NCBI GenBank assembly: GCA_043228905.1
Contig: JBHGNT010000006.1
Location: 7,812,001 to 7,876,000, forward strand
Origin: Azolla caroliniana
Taxonomy: Eukaryota > Plantae > Polypodiophyta
Reading direction: 5' to 3'
DNA: 64,000 nucleotides
In this document: positions 39,486-52,204 of the stretch, one piece after another
How positions within the stretch are numbered: position 1 is the stretch's first letter
How the letters are laid out: each line of letters opens with the position of its first letter
Position numbers and translations under genes: made by a program
The notes under the pieces: generated by a model
What the model was told of the DNA's origin: nothing
The model's database searches: none
The model's input: the letters and a program-made list of their open reading frames with translations, nothing else

Positions 39486-42400
39486 ACTCTTCAAATGTAG
39501 GTGATAACACTAGTGGGCACTTGTATATGTTGAGAGATGAACAAGATCAATGGTATAATATGCAACGCACATGTTCCTGGGTTTAGCTTTCATCACACCA
39601 CCCACTCCTCATATTATGCAAGGCTCGATAGAGGGTTTTTGTTGCACGCTAGTCTGTATGAAAATTTCACATGTACAATGCCAGTAGATCATGCTTTGAG
39701 GTTGTCAGACCATGCTCCTGTTTGGCTAGACCTTCATTTTGGGAATTCGTATGATGTGCATCTCCAAAGGAAGAGACTTATGCTCATTAAAACACCTACC
39801 TCAAGCACGAGCTCTTCAAGAGGATGGTCTATGACATAATACCTCCTCTTTATGTAGAAGTCAACATAGATGTTAACACAGCGTGGGTACATTTTGTACA
39901 TAGATTACAAACAATAATACAGGAGTATGGGAAATGGTATGTCTCAAGACAAAGAGATTGCACTGAACAAGCCAAATTTACTTGTCATGCCCTAATGGAG
40001 TTAGCACATAGCAGATCTTTGACCTTACATGAAGAGGATGCATTGTGTATGGCCAAACACACATTGATGTTACATGACAAAAATAAATTGGAAAAATGGA
40101 AAGTTAGGTCAAGACAGTTGCCTTTGAAAGACGAAGGATGCTCTTCTAAATCCTTCTTCAAAAGGTTGCATCTAATACGCCAAAAGTAATCCATTAAATT
40201 CATCAAAACTTGTGATGGTTCGTGGACTACAAATAGGGTTTTAACTAGCCAAGGAATGTGTAACTCACTTCTCTCACATCTTTGAGAACAATGTAGTTGT
40301 TACAGATACAGTTAAACATGCCAGAGATACATTCTTGTCACTAGTTCAACCCACTATTTGTGTTGATAAAGCTATTGCTTTGGATGCAACATTCACAATG
40401 GAGGAGCTTTTGGAGGTTCAAAGGGTCTCGGGAAAGGCAGAGCGCTTGTTTGGGATGGTATTACGTTAGAGTTCATGGCAGAAATTTGGGATGTCCTTAA
40501 GGATTTAATCAGACTTGTATAAGGCAAATAAAGCTTGGCAACATTGGGATAATATGCCTATCTCATGGAAAGAAGGTTTAGTCAAATTAATACCCAAAAA
40601 GAAAATTGTGTAAATCTTTTTCGGATTGGCGACCAATCACTCTCATGCTAGTAATCTATAAACTTATTGCAAAGATGGTTGTTAATCATATTAAGGACAC
40701 TTTGTTGGGAGGCATACACGTAAACTAGTACGGGTCATTCCACAAAGGAAAATTACAGATAATATTGCTAATGCCTATATTGGGATGGAGTATGCCAAAT
40801 ACACTAAACAAGATGTATTGATCATGCAAATTGATATTGAAAAGGCCTTTGATACCATACAATGGGATTTTGTGGCAACTACAATGGTCAAACTAGGATT
40901 TGGCTCGAAAATGTCTCAAGTAATCTATTGGCTTTATGGGTCTAGCACATCTTCATGCATTATTGACAGATTCATGGAGCTTAGCCAAATCAGTACGACA
41001 AGGTTGTCCTGTAAGTGCATTGTTATATGCAATTGCAACTCATCCACTACTACTGTACATGGATAATGTAGTATCAATTGGTCAACTTCACGGTTTGCAA
41101 ATGAAAGACGGACATGATTTCGTGGCTTAGGCATATGCAGATGATACATCATTCTTGTCACAAAACAATCCAAATGATATGAGAGTCATTATGGATGCCC
41201 TCAAATTGTATGAAGTAGCTTCAGCAAGTCCAATCTCCTACCCTTGACATCATATAGTTGGCATCAACTTTTGTGGCCAGGTCAAGTTGTTAGCCCAAAT
41301 GAAATGGTTAAACATCTTGGTTATCCATTGGGATGGAATGCAACAGATAAAGGAAAGGTTGAATGGTGAGACAAAAGCTAAGCTATTGGAAGATTGCAAC
41401 ATGGCCGCTCCCTGTCAGATTGAGGATAGTGCAATCTATATTCATGGCTTACATGCAATATTACTTAATTATGATTGATTGGCCGAAACACATGATACAA
41501 AAGATTAACTCAGAAATCATAAACAATTATTGGTTCTCTAAGCAGTCACGTAGAGGTGTACGAATCTTATCACTACAGAACACTAGAGAAGATATGCACT
41601 CCACGATTGTGTGGAGGGCTAAATACCTTAATTTGCAGTTGCATATGTTGGCGAGAAAAGCTACTTTACTGCCAAAATTTGCTGACCCGTGGCTAGAAAA
41701 GCTACATTACTGCCAAAGATTGTTATTCCAATGAATAAGATTACAACAGATTCAGTGTATATGTTGTTGCAACCTGACCCGTGGTTTCACGAACATGCAA
41801 ATGCATTGTGGCACATACACAAAACACAGTCCTGGTGGAAAAACCAGCTTACAAGCTTATGGAGCTATGGTATTCCACTTAAGCAACAGGTATTCGTATG
41901 GAGATGCCCATTGGGTGTGCTCCCGACTGGGTCAAATCTTCAAAAGAGATCGATAACCTCGCCGCCTTGTGCAAGATGCGGTGATCAATTGGAAACAGTC
42001 CCACACTTATTATGGACTTGCTCATTCACTACAACATTTGTACAAAGATTAAGCGCATCTCTTTCTCACAGATTTCCTGGCGGAAGGTTTGGGAAACACT
42101 TTTGGCTATTTGGACAAATTTTGTGCGCCTTATCAAGCGATGCCTATTTTCTCCAATGGACAAGATTTTGGGCACTTTTGACGGCCCGTAAATATGAAGG
42201 TCTTTGATCGCAACCAACTGCATGAAGTTAGGTTCTTTAAGCAATCCCTCTGGCAATCTCTATTTGATTGCCTGCAACTTAGGGACGTCACACTACAAAT
42301 TTACACTCTTTACTTTGAGTGCTTTTAAGCTCTTTCGTGTCTAATTGAAACTTATATATTTCTCTTTATTCTTTGTGGGTTTTCACCTCACTTTGAGGTT

Positions 42401-44745
42401 TCCCACTAGTAATAAAAGTGTTACTAAAAAAGAGAGAATACACCTTCCAATGTATATTGGCTTACAAATGGGTGCATGAAATCTATCACTTGAAAATTGA
42501 TATCCAACTTAAACGAGCAAAGAATTGGATTTAGCTTTGGTTATATGTACATATGTCTAGCTTCTCATGACTCCCTTTGGAGTGTTATTCTCATCATCGA
42601 TTATTTTGCATCCTAAACATCAATAGCAACATCATGTAATTAAAAGGTAAAGGACTATCTTCTTAGTTGTCTATCACATGGCCTTTGGTATGCAAGAAAG
42701 ACGATGCAAATTGCAAGTAGGTATTGTGATATAAGACCAACAATCAAGTTAATGACCGAGCTTTATAGGCATCTCGTGTATCACCTGTTTTCTTCACATC
42801 AAGCATTGCATGAAATTCAATTCAATGTATTTATTTTACTTGAATGGACTAATGTGGACATCTGACAACTTGGAGGCAATGTTGGTAAAATTAAGCTTTC
42901 TCAAAAAACAATGCCAATTAATACTTGAAGTGCCCAATAGAACACTCATTTGAACATTGATGATCCGATGTGCCTCCTTACAAAATAAAATAAAAACATA
43001 CAAGTAACTCTCTACACAACCATTTTAATTAAATGTTTGTTTTATTACGCATTTCTATACAAGTCTATCTTTACTGTATGAATACCTTTCATATTGCTTC
43101 AATAGTTGTTCTCTAAATTGAATGAGAACCATCAAATATTCCATAGCAATCTATTGCCCAAAACACATTGTAAGTCTTCTTAATTATATTTGCCCATCTA
43201 GTTTCTCACTTATCCACCATTCTTTACTGGAGAAGCTAGGAGGATGACAATGTGAGCCATGTACAAATTTTGAATTAAGTGAGGCACCCCGAGGATTTAA
43301 AAAAGAGAATTTGTGGATTCACACATACTTCTCGTGTTCGTGAGCTACCTTTCTAGGTTTGATCTCATTATACACATAAGCTACTTTCTAGGTTTGATCT
43401 CATTATACAAACGAGCTACTTTCTAGGTTTGACGAGGTACAAATGAAACCATCATAGTACGTTCAAATATTGGCATTCATCAACATTTACCTATTACATT
43501 ACATAATAAATTTACCTTTCCCACAATTCAACGTCAAGGATAATTTACACATTGATAGGGAACTAAAAGGATCATTTACCCATTACATTACACAATAAAT
43601 TTACCTTTCCAACAATTCAGCGTCAAGGAAGAGTTTGGTTAAAGGAAACAATGAAATTATTAGCGTCCATGTACATATTGGATGAAGTATCAAAGAAAGG
43701 AACAAAATCTCTTGTATTTACTACATAATGAAGAAAGGACCATTAACATGAAATATATGGCAAACAAATTGTAAAAAAATAAGAGACTAGGACGTGGGGA
43801 GAATAATTTAGAAGATGAGTCGTATCACTTAGACTAACATCTTGAATTTGAGATTGAGTGAGACATTCACATGACAGCAAATTTGGAAGGAGAGGTTATA
43901 CAGAAACAACAAGATTGCAATGCACTCAAACTATATATCGTGACATACTCAGAAGGGGGTTCCAAACTTCCCCAACTCGAGCAACAACAATAAGGACTAT
44001 AAGAATGGTTTGGGAATGAATTATATGATCTATATATATTAATTGGATATCTTGGCAAATGGATAGAGGCTTGCTCCTTCAAATCCTGCCGATGGATGTG
44101 AGGAAATTATGTCACAATGTAAATGTAATGGGTAAATTATGCTTTCCAATAACCACAATCCAAAATCAAGCACACGCGATGTTAGGTTGGATTAAAAACC
44201 GGAGAAACGATGCATCATTTGGAATAAATGTATCCCGTGTGGGGGGAGCTATCGATCCACAATGGATCCTACAAGACGATCAGAATGCACATTTTCCATG
44301 TCTGGTTGTAATCCCCGACCCCCTGCAATCTAAAACCAAATCCAAAGTAAAAACCCCCATCCTACGCAGACCTTACGCAAAAGTAAATCTATGTCTGGTT
44401 GTAAACCCTCGGATCTAAAACCAAATCCAAAAGAAAAATGGCATCCTACGCAGAGCTTACCAAAAAAAATAAAAATAAAAATCCACTGTCCAGTGTGGGG
44501 GGGGAGACAAACGAAACACCGTGCAATGACATATGTATGTATATAACAAATGTAAAATTTGTGTCGATTTGAACACCCTTATAACAATGGTTTGGTTGTT
44601 GCTACAGAGAATTGGAGTGCGGCAAAAACAGAGGAAATGTGGTCCAAAAATGATACAAAGAAACCCTAGTGATGGTGATGGTGATGAGGAGGAGGAGGAG
44701 GCGAGAGACAGGAAAGTAGAGTTGGGAGGGGTGGGGTGGGGGAAA

Positions 44746-45547
44746 TCAGAAAGGACGCAGAAGGCTGAGGACGAGGAGCAGGAGGAGGAGGGAGATGGGC
44801 ATGGCTGAGCAGCATTTCAGAGAGAGCGGAGATGGAGGAGAGGAGGAGGCGGACGTCGTGGGAGAGGATTGGCCGAGCCCTCCCGAGGAAGAAGAAGAAG
44901 AAGAAGAAGAAGAAGAAGAAGAAGGCGAGTTCAAATGCGATGGTGAAGGCGGGGCATTGGAGGTGGAAGAAGGCGGCGGAGGCGACGGCGGCGCATCGGC
45001 GGCGGAAGGGAAGAGGTTGGCGTCGGGGGAGCCCGGAGCAAATCCCAGCAAAGCTGCTCAAAAAGAAAGAAAGAAAAAAAACGCATGAGAAATTAAGAGC
45101 GGAAGGAACAAGGAAAGTCCAATCATTGTTAGGTTAGGGTTAGGGTTAGGGTTAGGGTTAGGGTTAGGGTTAGGGGGAGTGACCTGGGCAGCGGCTGGGG
45201 TTGGTGGGGATGTTGCAGGCGGGGCCGAGGGAGAGGGAGAGGGTGAGGTTGAGGGTGGGGAGCTGCGGGTTGTGTTGGGAGGCGGCGACGATGAGCTCGC
45301 AGAGGCACTGCGGCTCTTGCTGGTGGATGGGCAGCACGTTGGCGCAGCACTGGTGGGAAGGCAGGGGGCTCTGCCCCTGCACGTACGCCAGGCACGGCAC
45401 CAGCGTCGTTATCAGCGCCTCGCAGTGGCTCGTGTCCGCCGCCGCCTCCGCCGCCGCCATCTCTATGCCCGCGGACGACGCCAGTAGCACGGCCACCAAG
45501 CAGCAACAGAAGAACGCAGCCGCCCGGTTCTGCCACATCATGCCCAT
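44746..45547 (-). CDS. GPI-anchored non-specific lipid transfer protein (type G / xylogen-like), about 223 aa, 2 exons
   Basis: Exons 45184-45547 and 44746-45053. Signal peptide, 8-Cys pattern C..C..CC..CLC..C..C, Pro/Ser-rich linker, hydrophobic C-terminal tail ISLLLLLLVLSLL. Confidence 0.93.
45134..45175 (+). repeat. (TTAGGG)7 tract in the LTP intron
   Basis: Seven perfect hexamers, beginning 8 nt into the intron from the 5' splice site. Confidence 0.95.
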
Positions 45548-47479
45548 AACCCACACAAAAACAAAACTATATATAATATATACCCACCCACCTCCAACAC
45601 CCAACACACTTACAAGAAGGAGAGAAGGAAGGAGAAATAGGAGCTTGAGTGATCTATCTATTTATTAACGAACGAACAGCAAGAGATATTTTATATAGTT
45701 CACGAACAAAGATTCAGTCACACACCCCGCTATTAAGTAACTAACTATGGATGGATGGATGGATTGATGGATGGATGATACATCCCTACACATGCGTCGC
45801 ATTCATCGCCCCTTTCCTGCCTCCATATCCTGAATCCCCCCCCCCCCCCCCTTCATTTACTCCAGTCGTTGACCTAATCACGGTCACTGTCAACCTTTAA
45901 TGCCCTGCATTTACTACACCCCCACCCCCTTTCTTCTTCTTCTTCTTCTTTTCTCTCTGTCTCTCTCTCCCATTTTTAATTTAAGGTCCCATCGGTGTGT
46001 CACAATACCCTCCCTAGAGCTACTTACTCTACACAAAGCGAGTCCCCACGCCCCCCCCCCCCCCCTCCATTCATGCAAAATCCAACAAGTGGATCCATTC
46101 AATAAACCCACTGGGATATAATACAGTGTGAAATCGGGTGGGTGCTTCCACCAATGGCGAGGGGGCCTGGCCTTTGTATTGTTTGCCCATCCTTATATAT
46201 GGTCCATTGTAATCATGGGGTATTCAATGTTTGTCTTTGTAGTACGCTCACAAACATGTTCCTGCCCGTCCTGTTTCTAATGAGAGACGCTTACTTACAA
46301 AGCCCCGTCCCGATCAGTGTCGTGTAGTAATTACGACCAAGTTATTATGCCACCTTAACTTGACACTTACTCTGAATCCAATTGGGTGTTCCGACTTGTT
46401 CGGTTTTTTTTTTTCTGGAACATGGATTCTCTATTCACATTCTTCCTTCTTTGTCGTTTTAGGATTGGATATGTGGCTGGGTGTTTTGGTCATGTCTTTC
46501 TACTCAGACATCCAATTATGACATTCTATAGTTCATGGAAAGCTTGTCCAGAGAGGTTTCTAACGAGTATCCACACAAAAATTTTGGTGGTGTCTACGAA
46601 ACGTTGTGCTAGAATTCGTCTTTGTGCTCACGGTTTGGGATTTGCTCATTTGATGAATTGGATTTTCGTCTTCCTTTCCTTCTTGCACTCTAGGCTCTCC
46701 TAGTTCAAAACCCTTGTGGTTCCGCTTGGATGTGCATTTAGTATGACATCAGTGTTCCAAAAAAAAGGTGCTCTTATTACGTGCCTCCAAGCATCTATCT
46801 ATCTATATGGGATTTGTACAGTGATCCTCAAGGTTTTTACTACATTGAAAGATCCCATCACATAGTTCTCCGCGTAGGACCATCCATGTGATGAAATAGA
46901 CCCAAGTTATGAGATCATATCACCAATGTTTGTGTCTTTCATTACAAGTTATGTGTATTCTTGAATATTTGTACGCGGTTTTGTTCCCTTTTGTAAGGAT
47001 ACCAATCCAAAGGGCGACTTCAAATTTTCCATCGTCGTGTTAATGTGAGATGACATTACATTGATTGGTAAACATATTTAAATGTGTTCTTTATGTCGTA
47101 CATTTGAAAATGACCCACTTACTACACTTTTTTAGTGATTGATTAATTGTACAATTACCAAATGTGTTGATTTGTTCTTAGTATTACCACAATTCCCCTT
47201 GGGTTTAGGCTCCTTCATTTGGCACATGCCTCAAATTAATTAATTTGAATGGTTGGCAATTAGTAGGTTTCATTAATTAGTCTGGCACTAGTTAGTTTGA
47301 TTGATATTGTGTAAGAATGAATAGGCTAGCTGCATACGAACTATTAATTGATATTTGAGGGTGGACTTACCGTGTAAAACTATTTCTAGCCACCTACATA
47401 TTCTTTATCCACTTGATCGTCATATGGAGGTAGAAGAGAGACAAGGTAAAGAAGTCGATCCCCCAATAATGGAGCTCAT

Positions 47480-50400
47480 TATATGTTGTGTGGAACCGGG
47501 TATGCTCATGTAGAGTTTCAAGAGATACAAAAGAAAGCCTAATCCTAAAAATAGAGCTTATTAGTAACACGGAAATAAAGTGAAAACAAGGACTTGAGAT
47601 TTTTATGTGGTTTGGCATTTTGCTTTATGTCTTCCAAAGGGAGATCACAATTTTGTCGGGTCCATTTAGAAGTTGAAGACAATTGAACAACATTCAAAGC
47701 ATCCATTTAGAAGTTGAAGACAATTGAACAACATTCAAAGCAACACGTGTAACTCATAACTAAGATACACCAATGTAATATGCAATGGCTCATAGGCTTT
47801 TAGTTAGTTACCCAACATATAATGGATAGTTTCCTAACATGATGTTGATCGTGAAGAGAGGCACTCACTAAAAAGGCATTGCTTTCGACAATAACCTAAC
47901 ACATAATAGACTATGCCTAACATGAAGTAACTCATTACCCAACATGCAATAAACACTTGCTCAACATGTATTGACACTTGCCTATGTTAGGAGCACTAAC
48001 CAACGATCTCCATCTCGACTTCAGTGCCATCTCCAAGGTAGTAAGTTTTTTATACCTGTATTGCCCAAACCGGGGCATGGATGTTTTGCACCACTTATTT
48101 GTATTATATAGTTTTTGTGATTTGTAATAACTTCCAACAATGCTCAAAATTTATGTACAAATTGGTTCTGCCATTATATTTATTCTATTATACTTCATGT
48201 GAACATTCAACAGATAAATCTTTTCATTGATGGTCCATTTTTTAACCATGGATATTAAGCGTCTTCACGATTTGGCCTCACATAAAATAATTTATTCTCA
48301 GAAAGGAGGTATAGAACTTTGACTATCATATTGTACTTGAACTACGTCTTACTTAACATACCAAGTTCCTCTATGGATTTCATCAACCTTAAAATTTTGT
48401 TTCTTACTTTGATGATTGCCACGTATTCAACTTTAGTAGTGGAAGAGAACAACTTTAGATTGTAGGACACACTTCCATGTAAATCAATCATCTATTGAAC
48501 GTCAAAGTATATTCAGCCATGGATAATCTATTAGCGATTTCTCCCACTCAATGAAATTGTATGACTTTAGGGTGGAGAATACTAAACACTTCCTTCAAGG
48601 AGACACAACTTGCCATCTTTTTATCCATTTAATTTTGTATGGATTACATTATTTTGAATTCATTGGTCAACATGTTCTTGTGTCTGAAGATGTGTAATTT
48701 AACACTATGAACAACACGCATGTCATCAACATAAAGCGTTAAAATAATTGGAATATATATGACAATCACACTCACAACGATTGTACACATAAGATACCAA
48801 TAGAATGTGTTGAAATGCTTGTAACCATACTTGGGTGATTATTTTAAGTTGGGCAACGACTTGTTTAGTTTGCATTCCAATCTTTTCTTTGGTTCTTTGT
48901 TGCATGTGGATCCATTCATGTAAACTCCGCTTCCAAATAAGTAGTTGCACATCTAGTTTCTCCAATTATATACCATACATTGCCATGTCAACAATTCACC
49001 CATAGTGTATTAAGTTTGACTACATATGTTCACAATGCATGGAACAAGAAACCACTTCCAATGTTGTTATTGCACATGAGGCCTCAATATCTAAAGTAGT
49101 CAAATGTCAAGGGTTAACCCTCTAGTCTCTATGTGAAAATACAACAAAAAAGGACAATGATACTTTTGTTAACGAAGCCCAATATTGCTTCAAAACAACC
49201 CAAATGGATTTATCCACTAGGCATGTAAAGTATGCGTTTGCCATTATGCTCAAGTATTGTGTGAAACTCGTGAACGTTATAAAGTTGTCATCAAATAACA
49301 TGTTCGTATGGAGATAGGACTTCCAACACTCGACATTATTATCGTACATATGATCATGCAATGTGTCGTGTGACCAATGACCTCGATCAACTCAAGGTAG
49401 ACCTCTTAAGTGTGCACCACGACAAATGAGAGTTTATGTTTTACGATCAAATAAATAGGCAAGCTCCATGTTTCCTCTATCAAAACACGAGAGTTGAGAC
49501 ACAAAAAATATGTGAAGTGAATAATGATTTTCCTAGTTTGCACAAATTTGGATGTCATGGCATGCTTGCATGGCAATGAAACTAACATGTTACATAATTA
49601 CAATGCCATAAATATCAATTATGATCATCTTCGATCTTGAGACATTATTTTCCATCCCAATGCTAGAGTTGTACAGACGTGAGTACCTGGGTTTGTGGAG
49701 AATTACTACACTACACGCATTGGGATGGGTTCCAATTGATCATTCCATATAATGTTTTGCTAAGAGAGCATGAAGTTTTGAGCCAAACCATCAGAATGTG
49801 CCATCATGATGATTTGACGAGCCCAATTACCTAGGGGGATGATTTCGGTGAGCCTTTTCTAGTGCGGATAAAAAGGAACTTTAAAGGCTGGTATGTTGAG
49901 TTTGTACTTGTAGAAGATCATTGCTAAATTTCTACAAATTGACAACTCTAAGAAAGTGTATCATTTAAGGTCACGCTTCATGACACATTTAGGAAAATGG
50001 AATGAAGACTTTTGTCTTCTTTCTGACACACATAAATTGGAGGTGATGTAAATGTTTCTCTTGTTTGAAGTGAATCCAATGAACAGGTTGTTTGGAATCT
50101 CTTATAACCACATACAAAGTTTTATGTAACAATTGTTGAGATAATTTCCTAAGGAAACCCATTAAGGTTTTATTACATATATGGGTCGTAGAATTAATAA
50201 CTCTATACAATGTTTTCTTTTTCCTCGTGAGTGAAATGTTTGTGTCTCATTTTCATTGTCATTTCATACACTATTTTTAGCAAGCATCCTTAAATTTACG
50301 CCACAATTAGCAAATGTGTCCTCACATGTTGGCAATACTACTAGACAATGATATTTATAGGTCGATTACATTAGCAAATAGCGGAGAAAGACAATCAATA

Positions 50401-51400
50401 TATAATGCTCATGGATTCCAAGACATTATAGTTACCATTTCTATTACCTAGGTTATTAGAGGCTTAATTTGTAGAATTCCTAGTATTCTTATAGTAAATT
50501 GTTTAAAAGAGCAATTGAGATGACCATGGTCATTGGTTATGATGATTAGGGCTTATGAGTTAATTGAGTTTAGGTTTGAAATCAAAGTTATTGTAGATAT
50601 ATTATCAATGTTTACAGTCATCAAAGATGGTGATCTCCTTGAATCGAGGAACACTATCTCTCCAACATATGCATATAATTGTGATTACATTATCTGTTGT
50701 ATTCCTAAGTTTTAAGAACTCAAATCCACAATTATATGCTTTGATGAAGATAGTCCTTGTTAGGGTTCACTTTTTCTTCATATAAAAGTTTTTTACGGTG
50801 TTTTTTAAATCGACGAAGGTATGTGGAAGGAACCAATATGTATATTTTAAAATCATCACCTGTACATCCATGGAAAGAAAAATTTGTTATTTCTCTAACA
50901 AAAATAACTACAGTGCTTGATATTTTGCCAACTTCCATTGTACGTTATTAACAAATGCAAATTTTTTCTTTACATATTGTTAAACTTAATGCTAGTTGCG
51001 CTTAAGAACAAATGTCACTTAACTCTAGAAGTTGGTTTCTTATAGTTTATGACAACACAGAATCCGTCATCACCACAGTATTTAAAGTTATGATGTTTGT
51101 TTTCTTAGTTCTTAAAATCCAATGCACATGGGGAGTTTCAAGCAATGTACATGGGCTCTAGAAGATGTTGTTATAGGACAATCATGAACATACTCCTTGA
51201 TTATGAGTATATTGTGAGATCCACCTTCATATGTGCCCAAATATAGTTCTTGACAATTGTTGGCTATGGAATTCAACCCAGAAAACCATAACTCCATACA
51301 CATGATTATTTTTAGAAAATGGGTGTCACACACTCTTGTGGATGAAGACTGATCATCTTCTCTTGGATAATTGGAAAACTAACTACATGTGCTCCATGAG
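47480..51400 (-). mobile_element. Old, heavily decayed Ty1/Copia element
   Basis: RNase H trace STTKVEYVA (about 48420-48450), integrase-start trace RDSKQPVHWIH (about 50070-50100), and an LTR-like segment from tgttg at about 47483. Boundaries are approximate. Confidence 0.5.
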
Positions 51401-52094
51401 TGCAAGTAACATGCTAATATGTTCTTGAACGTCTAGGTAAATTGCTAACCCACAACATTCATGAACCCTTGATTAGCAAATAAATCTTAATCATCAATCG
51501 AAGTTGTCAGTGGCCTAATGTTATCCCCCCCTCCTCTTTTTTGAAGAAAACTTACGTTAATCCTCGAAAACAACATCAGGATAACCCATACAATAACGTA
51601 ATCCATACTGTACTTCCATGTTCTCGCCGGTAATGCATTTTGAACAAATTGGAGCTCTTTTCTCCAAGGTTCCGAAGTAACACTTCCAAAGTTCATGAGG
51701 TATGAGAGGATGCGATAAGCCGTGTTCGTCAACGGGCATCATACATCAATCTTCTGACAATAGAAAGACATGCACGAACAATCGATAGATTCAAATGGGG
51801 ATGATGCCGCATGTTCATATGAAAGAGACATCCCGATCGATGATAGAACATGGTGTTTGTTTGGAGTATAAATGTGAGCAGAATCGCCGGGTTATCAAGT
51901 TAAAAAAAGAGAGAGCTCATGATACACAAGTGTCGGTCGGTATGTGGGCGGCCCAGGTTTTCTCGTAAACCCGTCCGCCCGCCCGCCCGCCCGCGGTCTC
52001 GAATGGACCAAGAGACCAAATGGATCAACGAACGGGCTTATGATTCGATGCCCAAACCTTATCAATTCCATTCCATCACGGCCCCAGCTCTTTA

Positions 52095-52172
52095 ATGGCC
52101 ATGGCTGCAGGCCTTCCACTACGAGGTAAGCTTTCCATGCCCTGCCCACAGACAAAAATCATGGTATATATT

Positions 52173-52204
<32 letters not shown>

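Larger units (their letters stand above)
34338..42433 (+). mobile_element. Full-length decayed L1 LINE interrupted by nested LTR elements
   Basis: ORF1 remnant 34783-35550 (DUF4283-like plus knuckle CYTFNKFGHMQSEC). ORF2 remnants 39490-42300: ARLDR..SDHAPV, DWRPITL, DIEKAFD, RQGCP, YADD, zf-RVT CARCGDQLETVPHLLWTC. AATAAA and A-run at 42410-42431. Imperfect TSD gagaatacgcctcc (34324) / gagaatacaccttcc (42434). Confidence 0.88.

Noticed and set aside
44533-45668. Multiple overlapping ORFs on both strands
   Set aside because: They are shadow frames of the GC-rich LTP gene.
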